Shown piece after piece: positions 28,550 to 37,588 of a DNA stretch of 64,000 nt. This DNA is from a virus (lineage: Duplodnaviria; Caudoviricetes), in IMG/VR virus record IMGVR_UViG_3300028593_000003; one strand, written 5' to 3'. Positions within the stretch are counted from its first letter, which is position 1; each line of letters begins with the position of its first letter. A program made the position numbers and the translations under genes. Under the pieces are notes generated by a model. That model searched no databases. It saw only the letters and a program-made list of their open reading frames with translations, and was not told the origin of the DNA.

Positions 28550-29911
28550 ATGGATATAAAAAATATAAGATGCCCGTTATGCAGGCATAAAAGGGCCAAA
28601 TTGGTATTTTCATCCGGTTTTAATATATTCCAATGTCAGAGATGTCAATTGTATTTTCACGAAAAATATTTCACATTGGAAGAACTTGAGAAATTCTATG
28701 GGCAAGATTATTGTCACGATAAGAGCACATCGAAAAATATAAAAGCCCCACATCAATTTGCTTTCAACGAGGAAAAATATAAAGCGTTCCTGAAAAAATC
28801 TTTACGGAAAAAGTTTATCCCGATTATCAATCAATTTACTCCGCCTCTTGATATCCTTGAAATAGGTGCGGACGCCGGAGGTGCCTCATTTTATATGAAA
28901 GAGAGGGGTCATAATGTAGAGGCTGTAGAAATCTGTAAAGAATACGCGGATAGGATGGAACAAGGTGGTATCAAGGTATACAATACCCTGTTTGAGAATG
29001 TCCAGTTCGATAAGAAGTATGACATAATTGTGGCCTTGGAAGTAATAGAGCATTTCAGTAATCCTGTTATGTGTGTAGATAAAATATACAATTTATTGAA
29101 AGATGGTGGTTATTTTATATTTGAGACACCCGTTGCAAAAATGGGATTGGTTGAAAAGGCCACCTATGCCATAAGACTGGCACATTATTGTGTTTTCAAT
29201 CCGGTATCGCTAAGAAAACTGCTCCAAAAATTTCAGGACATTCCAAATTTTGAGCATCACGAAGAAAGTAATTATGTTTACATGGTAAGAAAAAAGGAAG
29301 AGGGGGGAAAATTAAATATAGATTTGGGGGCAGCCAAGCACCCCACTTACAATCATCTTGAATGGAAAGTAATGGATGTATCCACCACTTGTGATTATTA
29401 TTATAATATAAATTCTAATGAAAAGATGCCACTTTCAGATAATTCAGTTGATAATTTCTACTCCTCAATGACCCTTGAGCATACTCAAATAGATTGTATT
29501 GAAAATGTTTTAAGAGAAATATGGAGAATACTTAAACCTGATGGGCGTGTAAGATTAGTTGTTCCTGATATTTCTTTGGCAGCCAATTGGTATATAAATA
29601 ATGATCTTCAAAATTTTATAAAGAAGGGTACTCCTTGGAAACCTCATAGTTATCCATCAACAATTTTAGGTTATTTTCTCGCGTGGATAATATCTTCACG
29701 GCCAGATATGGGCCCAATACGTGCGGGTCATAATATGGCATTTGATTTTGAAACAATGAATTGGTATTTGGAGAAAATCGGCTTCAAGAATATTAAAAGA
29801 TTAACATATAATGAGGGCTCCGAGGAATTTGAAAATAAAGATCGAAAAAATTATGCAGATTATGCTTTATATGTAGAAGCTCAAAAACCGGAAGAGGTAA
29901 AAAATGTTTAA
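28550..29911 (+). CDS. Tandem two-domain SAM methyltransferase with N-terminal Zn ribbon
   Basis: CPLC..CQRC; LEIGADAG...EVIEH; IDLGAA...TLEH...RILKPDG. Confidence 0.85.
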   Translation: MDIKNIRCPLCRHKRAKLVFSSGFNIFQCQRCQLYFHEKYFTLEELEKFYGQDYCHDKSTSKNIKAPHQFAFNEEKYKAFLKKSLRKKFIPIINQFTPPLDILEIGADAGGASFYMKERGHNVEAVEICKEYADRMEQGGIKVYNTLFENVQFDKKYDIIVALEVIEHFSNPVMCVDKIYNLLKDGGYFIFETPVAKMGLVEKATYAIRLAHYCVFNPVSLRKLLQKFQDIPNFEHHEESNYVYMVRKKEEGGKLNIDLGAAKHPTYNHLEWKVMDVSTTCDYYYNINSNEKMPLSDNSVDNFYSSMTLEHTQIDCIENVLREIWRILKPDGRVRLVVPDISLAANWYINNDLQNFIKKGTPWKPHSYPSTILGYFLAWIISSRPDMGPIRAGHNMAFDFETMNWYLEKIGFKNIKRLTYNEGSEEFENKDRKNYADYALYVEAQKPEEVKNV

Positions 29912-30674
29912 TTCAATAAAACAACTCAAAAGAAATACAAATATCGGTTTTATTCTCGGCACAGCCAAATCGGTAAACGATATAAAATCGGAAGAGTGGG
30001 ATATCATAAACAACAATGATAATCTCGGCATCAATAACTGGTTTTATCATCCAACATTTATTCCAAAGATGTGTTCATTGGAATTGAAAAAATATGACTG
30101 GCAAATTTCCAAAGACCGAATAACTGAAAAATGGGAAAAGGGATGGAAAAATGTCAAGTGGTTATTGTCGGAGAAGAAGGGGGGATATGTCGCGGGAGCT
30201 ATCGGTCACGAATATGAAGCCCAGATTTATCTCTACGGTTTTGAGATGAGGGGAAAACACCCGAAAATCGACGGAGGATGGAAATACATAAATGCCGATT
30301 TTGACCCTGACAACGGGCCACTCTACAAGAGTTATGATGCCTCACTTACTACACTTGTCCACTTGATGTACCGATTGGGATATAAATATATTGTACTGTA
30401 TGGGGTGGATTGGACACACAGCTATTATTTCTGGTCATCGGGTGACAAGATATACGGTAAGACCCATTGCAAAACAAACAAAGACCACGAAGGAAAAGAC
30501 CCAAAATTACCACATAATACAGAACACGTTATAAACTACATCATTGACTTCAATGAGAGACATATGAAACCACAGGGAAGGGAGATCCTCGTAGGTTACA
30601 AGGATACAAGGTTGTATCCATCCCTGAATTACATAGACATAGTGAAGAAGGAAATCCATTATAGAGAGGGGTGA
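29904..30674 (+). CDS. Sialyltransferase/Maf-like glycosyltransferase
   Basis: FILGTAKS...GINNW and LGYKYIVLYGVD motifs of the Cst-II/Maf (DUF115) fold; adjacent to neuB. Confidence 0.65.
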   Translation: MFNSIKQLKRNTNIGFILGTAKSVNDIKSEEWDIINNNDNLGINNWFYHPTFIPKMCSLELKKYDWQISKDRITEKWEKGWKNVKWLLSEKKGGYVAGAIGHEYEAQIYLYGFEMRGKHPKIDGGWKYINADFDPDNGPLYKSYDASLTTLVHLMYRLGYKYIVLYGVDWTHSYYFWSSGDKIYGKTHCKTNKDHEGKDPKLPHNTEHVINYIIDFNERHMKPQGREILVGYKDTRLYPSLNYIDIVKKEIHYREG

Positions 30675-31513
30675 AGATGAAGATAAAACTGGTATCGGAA
30701 ATCGGCATAAATCATAATGGTGATATTGAACTCGCCAAGAAATTGATAAAGAAATCGAAAGATGTGGGAATGGATTATGTGAAGTTTCAGAAAAGGACAA
30801 TAGACCTTGTTTACACAAACGAGGAACTGGATGGTTACAGGGAGAGCCCTTGGGGAACAACCTTCAGGCAACAAAAGGAAGGATTGGAGTTTGGTAAAAA
30901 GGAATACGATATAATAGACCAGTATTGTAAAGAGATGGGGATACAATGGTTCGCCTCCCCGTGGGATGTCAACTCAATAGAATTTCTGGAACAGTACAAT
31001 CCACCGTACCTGAAAATCCCATCGGCTCTTGTGACACACAGGGAGTATCTGGAAAAGATGAAATCAACCGATATTCCCCTTGTAATGAGTACGGGAATGA
31101 GCACCAAGAAGCAGGTGGAAACTGCAATGGACATCCTCGGCCCGAACCTTGAAGTAGTTTTACACACCACTTCCACTTATCCCTGTAAAGTTTCTGAATT
31201 GAATTTATCAAAAATAAGGATGATGAAATACTGTTACGGGCATTACTACAAAATCGGATATTCCAATCACTCACCAAGCGTAATGCCAATTCTTTTCGCT
31301 ATGATATTGGGTGCCGAGTTTATCGAGACACACATTACACACGACAGGGCAGCGTATGGTTCTGACCAATCATCCGCTCTGGAAAAAAGACAGCTGGAAA
31401 CCGTATGTGAGTGGAGAGATGAAATTTATGAGGCTTTGGGTGAGGGGGAATGGAAAGTTTTCGATTCCGAAATCCCCGTTATGAAGAAGCTAAGAAAATA
31501 CTATGACTTTTAG
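30671..31513 (+). CDS. neuB: NeuB-family nonulosonic acid synthase, no C-terminal antifreeze-like domain
   Basis: EIGINHNGD, VKFQK, KIPS, STGMS, H..S.YP, GYSNH, IETH.T..R...GSDQ. Confidence 0.93.
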   Translation: MKMKIKLVSEIGINHNGDIELAKKLIKKSKDVGMDYVKFQKRTIDLVYTNEELDGYRESPWGTTFRQQKEGLEFGKKEYDIIDQYCKEMGIQWFASPWDVNSIEFLEQYNPPYLKIPSALVTHREYLEKMKSTDIPLVMSTGMSTKKQVETAMDILGPNLEVVLHTTSTYPCKVSELNLSKIRMMKYCYGHYYKIGYSNHSPSVMPILFAMILGAEFIETHITHDRAAYGSDQSSALEKRQLETVCEWRDEIYEALGEGEWKVFDSEIPVMKKLRKYYDF

Positions 31514-31682
31514 GAAACAGATTGGAGATAGGGTTGTGATCTCAAATGTTTCCCATAAACATTATCAGGAAAAAGGTAGAATAGTTGACATCCGTAAGGA
31601 ATGGGCAATGGTTTTGCTTGACAATCCGGGCGAAATCATCCCCATTTTACTCTCCAACCTCACAAAAATAATGAAAAAATAG
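31503..31682 (+). CDS. 59-aa KOW-like protein (not in the ORF track)
   Basis: IGDRVVI...HKHYQEKGRIVDI; resembles 17626-17811. Confidence 0.55.
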   Translation: MTFRKQIGDRVVISNVSHKHYQEKGRIVDIRKEWAMVLLDNPGEIIPILLSNLTKIMKK

Positions 31683-31685
31683 TTA

Positions 31686-31714
31686 TTTACCGTATAAATA
31701 GAGTATGTTATAAT
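31686..31714 (+). promoter_or_regulatory. Early promoter with an embedded TATAAATA
   Basis: TTTACC-17 nt-TATAAT; TATAAATA at 31693-31700. Confidence 0.6.
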
Positions 31715-31720
31715 AAATAT

Positions 31721-31933
31721 ATGAGAGATTATATACGAAACTTTTCGAAATACCTGAATGATTTGGGAAAGGCGCTTCCCCCAAAAGACTATGAGAATGT
31801 GCTTCAGACATTTTCCCTTATCGTTCAGACACGGCTTATGAAAGCCAGAAATCAAATAGAGGACGCTGAAATCATACCGAAGCAGATTGAGAAGCCGAAA
31901 AAGAAACAAAAGGGAGTAGATGTATATGTTTGA
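31721..31933 (+). CDS. Hypothetical protein, possibly leaderless
   Basis: ATG 6 nt after the -10 box. Confidence 0.6.
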   Translation: MRDYIRNFSKYLNDLGKALPPKDYENVLQTFSLIVQTRLMKARNQIEDAEIIPKQIEKPKKKQKGVDVYV

Positions 31934-32099
31934 TGATTTATTTGAGGATTTGATCCATAAGAAGAAAACACCGGAAGTGAAACAGGAACCGGAGCCCGGA
32001 AGTCCGTTTGGAGATTATTTTGATACCGGAATGGGAGATCAGGGTAGTGATGTCTGGTCAAGTGGGGAACTTCCTGATTACTGGTCAACAAAAAAATAG
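31926..32099 (+). CDS. 57-aa acidic protein (MFDDLFEDL start; not in the ORF track)
   Basis: GGGAG RBS; ends before the convergent terminator. Confidence 0.55.
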   Translation: MFDDLFEDLIHKKKTPEVKQEPEPGSPFGDYFDTGMGDQGSDVWSSGELPDYWSTKK

Positions 32100-32122
32100 C
32101 AGGCTGTTGTTCTATCCATTTT

Positions 32123-32149
32123 ATAAACCCCGTCTATGATGGGGTTTAT
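32123..32149. terminator. Terminator between convergent genes
   Basis: ATAAACCCC...GGGGTTTAT hairpin. Confidence 0.65.
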
Positions 32150-32817
32150 TTTTGCGCCAAAATCGGCTTCACATATTCCTCAATAACCAGTTTTCTCACC
32201 TCAATAAACTCTTCTTTACTTCCAGCAGAAATATCGGTAGGTGAAGAGATGGCGGTAAAGAAAGCATTGGAACAGAGCTGACCGATATAACCGAATTTGT
32301 ACATCTTCAGCCACATCGCCCAATCTGACAAGCGGTGTATTCTGATATCCGTCACGAACCCACCTACCCTCTCTATCGCCTCAGATTTGTAAAGACTATT
32401 GGACGAAATGTAGTTGTTGTTCATCAGGAAGTTTATGTCGTATATTCTTGGCGGAAAGGTGACATTGATGTAACCTTTGTACTCAAATGGGGAATAGACG
32501 AAACCGATGTTACCACCACTTTTTTCTATTGTGGATAACATCTTGTCCAGATAATTTCTACCGAGAATTATGTCACGGTCAAGTATCTGGATGTAAGGTG
32601 GGAATGATTTATACTTTTCTTTGTAGGCGTCCAAATTTGCCTGCACATTAGTCGCGTGCTTTCCTTCTCCTTCATAACTTGTCCAGATAATAGGAACCCC
32701 GCTTCTTTCCAGAGAAATTTTTGTTTGTTTGAAGATTTGATGCCCCGTAAGTAATGGTGTAACTACCAATATTTGTGCGTTTTTATCTTGTCTTAGGATT
32801 TTTAGCATACTTACCAT
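32146..32817 (-). CDS. GT-A/GT2-like glycosyltransferase
   Basis: LDRDI DxD motif, NNYISSNSL, VGGF, DWAMWL. Confidence 0.75.
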   Translation of the reverse strand: MVSMLKILRQDKNAQILVVTPLLTGHQIFKQTKISLERSGVPIIWTSYEGEGKHATNVQANLDAYKEKYKSFPPYIQILDRDIILGRNYLDKMLSTIEKSGGNIGFVYSPFEYKGYINVTFPPRIYDINFLMNNNYISSNSLYKSEAIERVGGFVTDIRIHRLSDWAMWLKMYKFGYIGQLCSNAFFTAISSPTDISAGSKEEFIEVRKLVIEEYVKPILAQK

Positions 32818-33382
32818 CTTTATAATGAGGATTGTTTTTACCTATATTCATTATTCTAAGTTTTTCTATTGTTTCTTCTGAATGATGTTTGCCCGCCATC
32901 GGGGGAATTTGATTTTTTCTTTTCTTCTTCATTTTTTCTACAGCTATGGGATTTTTCATTGGATTATTTTTCTTCATCCATTCGGAGTGTCCGGGCCGTT
33001 TCTTTCCGAAAAAGGCGTGTCTCTCTTTTCTATAATTTTCCTTCCAAGACTTTCTCATCCTTTTTGCAATTTCTTCGTAATCCATTGGATTACTTTCTCC
33101 GCCATCGGTGAGGTTATATCCATTCGGGGAAATAGAGGAAAATTCTTTTACATAAAATTTTTCAAAATAATCAAGTTCCTCTTTTGTATCACAATCCATC
33201 AATTTATACCATAAAAAATTCTCTTCTCCATATTTTCTGATCGCACAATGAAATGGAAGAAGAGAATCTTTCTGAATAGAGCGGGAATGTTCCAATTTCC
33301 TTTTCTCTAATGTTCTTCTCGTTTGACCAATATAAACTTTACCATTTATTCGGTTGGTAACTCTGTAGATGAGTCCTCGCAT
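32783..33382 (-). CDS. Free-standing GIY-YIG homing endonuclease with NUMOD3 repeat
   Basis: GLIYRVTN.INGKVYIGQT, GYNLTDGG, GKHHSEET. Confidence 0.9.
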   Translation of the reverse strand: MRGLIYRVTNRINGKVYIGQTRRTLEKRKLEHSRSIQKDSLLPFHCAIRKYGEENFLWYKLMDCDTKEELDYFEKFYVKEFSSISPNGYNLTDGGESNPMDYEEIAKRMRKSWKENYRKERHAFFGKKRPGHSEWMKKNNPMKNPIAVEKMKKKRKNQIPPMAGKHHSEETIEKLRIMNIGKNNPHYKDGKYAKNPKTR

Positions 33383-33699
33383 GGAATTTCCTGTAATGTT
33401 GAATCTTCTCCTATATCGGGAAGTGATTCTGCTGGTTTTTCACCTTCTCCTACAACTGGATTTTCCACAAACCCACAGAACTGGGCTGAAAATCTGCCGT
33501 CCTTGATAATATGGTTGACTATATATTTCCTTCCCATCCATTCGATAATCTGCCCAAGGTCTGGCATTGCCTTGGTCTTGGCTGTAAATCTCATCTGGGC
33601 GTAGTTCACATAGTCAATCTTGTAATCCCCGATTTGTGTTCCTGTAACGGGCATCACGGCTTGCCTGAATTGTTTCCTTGAAACGGGTTGTCTATTCAT
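33346..33699 (-). CDS. Hypothetical protein
   Basis: ORF track; overlaps neighbours in operon fashion. Confidence 0.6.
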   Translation of the reverse strand: MNRQPVSRKQFRQAVMPVTGTQIGDYKIDYVNYAQMRFTAKTKAMPDLGQIIEWMGRKYIVNHIIKDGRFSAQFCGFVENPVVGEGEKPAESLPDIGEDSTLQEIPCEDSSTELPTE

Positions 33700-33997
33700 T
33701 TTCTTCTTCCTCTGAATATCCTCTGACGATTGTTTCCATTTCCTCTTTTTGTTCTCTCAATCCCCCAAGGTAAGCTCTCATTCCCAATTGATTATATGTT
33801 TCCAGTTCATCAAGATGGTCAATGACATTGAGGGCAAACAGGGCGTCTGCCAGTTCATTGAGTTTTGAATATTCGTTTAGCACGTCGCCTGGGGATATAT
33901 CTTTGAGTGTCAGACTTACTTCCGGCTTCACACTACTGAAATTTCCTGTATTGAATGTTGCCGCTTTCGTTATTGTAATATCAATTTTTCTCGACAT
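33692..33997 (-). CDS. Hypothetical phage protein
   Basis: AGGAG RBS; TFNTGNFSSVK motif. Confidence 0.65.
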   Translation of the reverse strand: MSRKIDITITKAATFNTGNFSSVKPEVSLTLKDISPGDVLNEYSKLNELADALFALNVIDHLDELETYNQLGMRAYLGGLREQKEEMETIVRGYSEEEENE

Positions 33998-34120
33998 TTT
34001 TCTCTCCTTCTTTCTTCTTTACACAGAAGAAATACTCACAATCTGCACATTGATATACATACATTGTACTCCACTCTTCTTTTCTTCTTGTATCTTCACA
34101 ATCACAAATTGGGCATTTCA

Positions 34121-34900
34121 TTATTTGACTTCCTCGTCTTTTGTGGTCTGAAAGTGCGTTTGAAAAAATTTCTTTTTCTCTTCTTTCTCCTCTTCTCCAT
34201 AAAAACCATCTATTGGTTTTCCATAGAAGTTTGCGGAATATCCCTTTCCGGATTTGATGTCGGCCATATATGATTTTGTAGCGTTGGTCAATGTCACATT
34301 ATACAAACCATTGGCCATTGCACGATTATCAAATTTGTAAGTATTGGAAAGAAACATATCCATTTCTTCTTGGATTTTTTCCGGTTCTGTTCCATAATAA
34401 GTGATTGTCCATCTCTCCGTTTTTTGTAAATCGGAGATCCTTCCCCTGATTTGAGAGAGATTGTATATTCTGGAAGCATTTTCCTGACCGTCTGTGATGA
34501 TGTTTACAAGGAAAGATGTGGTTTTCTCTTCGACATCAGGAAGTTCTTGAAGTTTCGTAAGTGTTTTTCCAATGGCATCGAACAATGCTGTATTTCCATC
34601 TGGAATGTACTCTTTCATATCCAGAGGATTTATATCGGATATACTGTCATCCCATCTCAAGAAATTGATTTTATCGGGATAACTGAAAGTAACAATACTT
34701 ACCTTTGTATCAAGTTGGTCATCCGTTTCGCTTTTGAGGACTTCAAGTTGGTCATTGAAAATGTCCACAACAAACTTCCTCAATACACCCATTGAACCGG
34801 AACTGTCAATTATAAAAGCAACGTGAAGTGTCTTTTTCTTTTTACTGAAAATATCATCTTCAAAATCTTGGAACATTTTGTCTATTTCTTTATCACTCAT
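34121..34900 (-). CDS. vWA-domain protein
   Basis: MIDAS DSSGSM, T.LFDAIG, ITDGQEN. Confidence 0.88.
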   Translation of the reverse strand: MSDKEIDKMFQDFEDDIFSKKKKTLHVAFIIDSSGSMGVLRKFVVDIFNDQLEVLKSETDDQLDTKVSIVTFSYPDKINFLRWDDSISDINPLDMKEYIPDGNTALFDAIGKTLTKLQELPDVEEKTTSFLVNIITDGQENASRIYNLSQIRGRISDLQKTERWTITYYGTEPEKIQEEMDMFLSNTYKFDNRAMANGLYNVTLTNATKSYMADIKSGKGYSANFYGKPIDGFYGEEEKEEKKKFFQTHFQTTKDEEVK

Positions 34901-35105
34901 TATTCATTCTCCTGTATCAATTCATCAACATCAATAGGTAATCGGTCAAGAATATCTCTCAATTTACCCAATTCTGTAAGTGCCTCATCCCTTTCCTTCT
35001 CTGCTTTCGCAAGTCGGGTAGTAAGATAACAAATGGAACAGTTTTCGGGGTCATGGTCAAGCCCGTGGATATGACATCTAATTTTTGTCTCTGCCAATGA
35101 TTCAC

Positions 35106-35969
35106 TCATCCTTCCATCTCCTTTTTTATTACCTCTGCCGCATATTCCATCTTGAACTCTGGATAGAACTTGTCTATCCTGTCATAAATGTGAGCTATGT
35201 ATCCGAGATACACATAATCGTAACTTGAAGTGACAAAAATCATATCACTCAAATTCCTGATTATTGTATCGGAAAACAGAGCGTGGTAGTAACGATGTTC
35301 TTCCGGTAATAATATTATAACATTGTTTTCAAGGATTGTAAAGATGTCAGGATTGAGATATCCTATAGAATAGTCACGGGTTGAACCCAATAAAACCGTA
35401 CATTTCATATCGGAATATTTGATATTCTTGTCAAAAACGACATTCAGGTTGGTATATTCATCCACCTTTTCTTTCGAAATGTTCGAATAATCCGAGTATT
35501 TTGTTGAAGAAGTGGGGTAATTCTTGCCAAATTCCACCAAATACTTCTCAAAAGAGCCCAGTTTATCGAAAATAATACCCTTAAAACCGATTGTAAGGGG
35601 TCGCGGCTCGACTTTATTTAGCTTTAGGGTATCTATCGAGTGTATTTTGGGGCAGTAGTGGGGAAAATAGTGAAAATCGGGCCTGTAATTGACGGCCGGC
35701 TCAAACAAAGACACATTGTATTTCTTTAGCCAGCGGGCTTCATCAGGTCTTATCGCAAGAAATTTGTCAAAAATAATGACACGGGTTTTTTTCTTGAGAT
35801 AAAACTTGAGAACTTCAGTTTGAAGTGCGAAAGGTTTCGGATTTGAGGGATTGTAGGGGATGTATTCAATATAAACGGCGTCACAATCAGAAAAATCGGT
35901 ATCTGATAAGGTGACGCCGTTCAATACTTTGTTAAAAACTGGACTACAGTTTAAGGTAAACAATGTCAT
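35106..35969 (-). CDS. Hypothetical protein, possibly GT-B-like
   Basis: 287-aa ORF overlapping the Ro60 stop; alternating beta/alpha pattern; fold assignment is weak. Confidence 0.5.
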   Translation of the reverse strand: MTLFTLNCSPVFNKVLNGVTLSDTDFSDCDAVYIEYIPYNPSNPKPFALQTEVLKFYLKKKTRVIIFDKFLAIRPDEARWLKKYNVSLFEPAVNYRPDFHYFPHYCPKIHSIDTLKLNKVEPRPLTIGFKGIIFDKLGSFEKYLVEFGKNYPTSSTKYSDYSNISKEKVDEYTNLNVVFDKNIKYSDMKCTVLLGSTRDYSIGYLNPDIFTILENNVIILLPEEHRYYHALFSDTIIRNLSDMIFVTSSYDYVYLGYIAHIYDRIDKFYPEFKMEYAAEVIKKEMEG

Positions 35970-37302
35970 TATGGATATTTTTTACAAACTCCTTTTCATA
36001 CTCTATGATGTAGGAGACTACCGCTTCGGAGAAGCCGTCAATATGAACCCAATCACCATAACCCACACCATTACGGTATGAAGCCACATTGATGAGGTAA
36101 TACTGTGCTTCTGGCAGTTTGTTTGGGATCTCGTCGTGAATTTGTTCATCGGTGATGACGATCAGACGATCAAACTTCTCCCTTTCAACAATCGCTTTGA
36201 TTGCTCTACCGAGCCAAGTTCCACCGTGAGGCTGAGAACGAGAAATAGCATTGGCCAAATTAAATCCACGGTGAGCATCGGCAATTTTTCTCACATCTGT
36301 AGAGAATGAGTACACGGAAACATCCTCACAGATTTCTCTTGCGATGAGAGCAACACCATTAGCGGCGTCAATCCTCGTCATATCGGACTTGTCAGAAAGA
36401 GCCATATCCATAGAACCGGAAACATCCACAAGAATTATTGTCTTACCTTCCAAGGTGTCAAGGTTCCTGATGGACTTGAACATCAGGGTTTCAAGCTGGT
36501 TCTTGAACTTTGGAGCATATTTTACTGCCGCAATAAATCTGAAAGGGAGAACCCTGTCAGTTTTCATATTTTCAAGACCACGAAGAATGATGTTCTCATC
36601 CACATTTGCCTGGGTCATATTACGAAGGTTCCTCAAGAGTGCCAGAGCACCAAGGCGGTTCTCCATAATAAGCTCTTCCCAAACAGCTTTCTTGTCCTTA
36701 CCGGCAGAAAGCCCCGTTTCCCAAGTTTTTGGGATTTCCAATTTGTTGTCAATAAGTTTCTTCCAGACATCAGCCTGTGAAGCATTGAGAGGTTTCGCGT
36801 GAGAAAGAAAAAGAACATCTCTCAATTTTACCGAATAGTCACGGTTATATTTGGCGAGCTGGTACTCGTCAAATTTCGTGAAGGCTTTAGCCAGACCTTT
36901 CTTTACCTGTGCGGCAAGAGGGGTCTTACCATCTTTCCAGTAGAGAGAAAGGAACTCCGCCAACTCGTCAGGACGCTGGATTATCCTTCCCAATGTCTTT
37001 GCCACATATTTCCTATGGTCAATATGGCGTACCATTCCCGTAACAAGAAGAAGAGGAACGTGACGCAAATTCATCCTCTCTCTTGCCTCGACAGCAAGAT
37101 TTGCCACGGTCTTACCATTGACTTGTGGAATAGTTGCGAGTATCCTGTCTGCAACGGATGCTCCGTCCTCATAAAAGGACTTTTCCCAAAGCAAGCAGGA
37201 CATCGTTGAACGTCTGAGGATTTGCTCAGGTGTGAGAACCTTTGCAGAACCACCCTCATAGGTTTTAGGAACACGGTTTTTGAAGGAATTATATTTCGCC
37301 AT
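35944..37302 (-). CDS. rsr: Ro60/Rsr TROVE-domain RNA-binding protein with C-terminal vWA
   Basis: TYEGG, LLWE.SFYE.G, LRHVPL, FDEYQLAKY, LRD.LFL.H.KP, TWET.LS, ALLRNLRN, PFRF, DVSGSM, ITDEQ. Confidence 0.93.
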   Translation of the reverse strand: MAKYNSFKNRVPKTYEGGSAKVLTPEQILRRSTMSCLLWEKSFYEDGASVADRILATIPQVNGKTVANLAVEARERMNLRHVPLLLVTGMVRHIDHRKYVAKTLGRIIQRPDELAEFLSLYWKDGKTPLAAQVKKGLAKAFTKFDEYQLAKYNRDYSVKLRDVLFLSHAKPLNASQADVWKKLIDNKLEIPKTWETGLSAGKDKKAVWEELIMENRLGALALLRNLRNMTQANVDENIILRGLENMKTDRVLPFRFIAAVKYAPKFKNQLETLMFKSIRNLDTLEGKTIILVDVSGSMDMALSDKSDMTRIDAANGVALIAREICEDVSVYSFSTDVRKIADAHRGFNLANAISRSQPHGGTWLGRAIKAIVEREKFDRLIVITDEQIHDEIPNKLPEAQYYLINVASYRNGVGYGDWVHIDGFSEAVVSYIIEYEKEFVKNIHNDIVYLKL

Positions 37303-37331
37303 TCTACCAACCTCCTACAAATTATTTTTAA

Positions 37332-37433
37332 ATAACGGGGAACTTGCGAAACCGGAAATTCGGTGGACTTTCACCACCGTGTCGTTGATCACCTAGCATG
37401 GTCGAAGTAACCGACTTCTATCGCCACCGTTAT
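37332..37433 (-). ncRNA. Y-RNA-like unit 1 (~102 nt, 47-nt insert)
   Basis: Terminal stem AUAACGG/CCGUUAU; GGUGGCG and GUUCCCC; 8-bp stem GAAGUCGG/CCGGUUUC; UUACUUCG. Confidence 0.8.
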
Positions 37434-37442
37434 ATTCTGAAA

Positions 37443-37579
37443 AGCGGGGAACAGCCAAACAGAGACTTATATATCCATTTGCTCTGCCATTGAGCTACCG
37501 TCCATTTGGGTTGGACGGGTTAGAATCGAACTAACAACCTAATGGTTCCGACGAAGTAACTCTATTTTACGCCACCGCT
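37443..37579 (-). ncRNA. yrlA: YrlA-like Y RNA with circularly permuted tRNA domain (unit 2)
   Basis: Same scaffold; insert has T arm GUUAG-UUCGAUU-CUAAC, loop-closed acceptor stem CCGUCCA/UGGACGG, D arm GCUC-AAUGGCA-GAGC. Confidence 0.88.
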
Positions 37580-37588
37580 CATATTCGA

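Noticed and set aside
29593-30388. Intragenic TATAAATA octamers as late promoters
   Set aside because: They lie inside coding sequence in very AT-rich DNA and are plausibly chance matches
32783-33382. Intron-encoded endonuclease
   Set aside because: The ORF overlaps apparently complete neighbours on both sides, leaving no space for intron core sequence; treated as free-standing
37475-37545. Canonical tRNA gene
   Set aside because: The arm order is permuted (T before D), and there is no anticodon loop or free acceptor end
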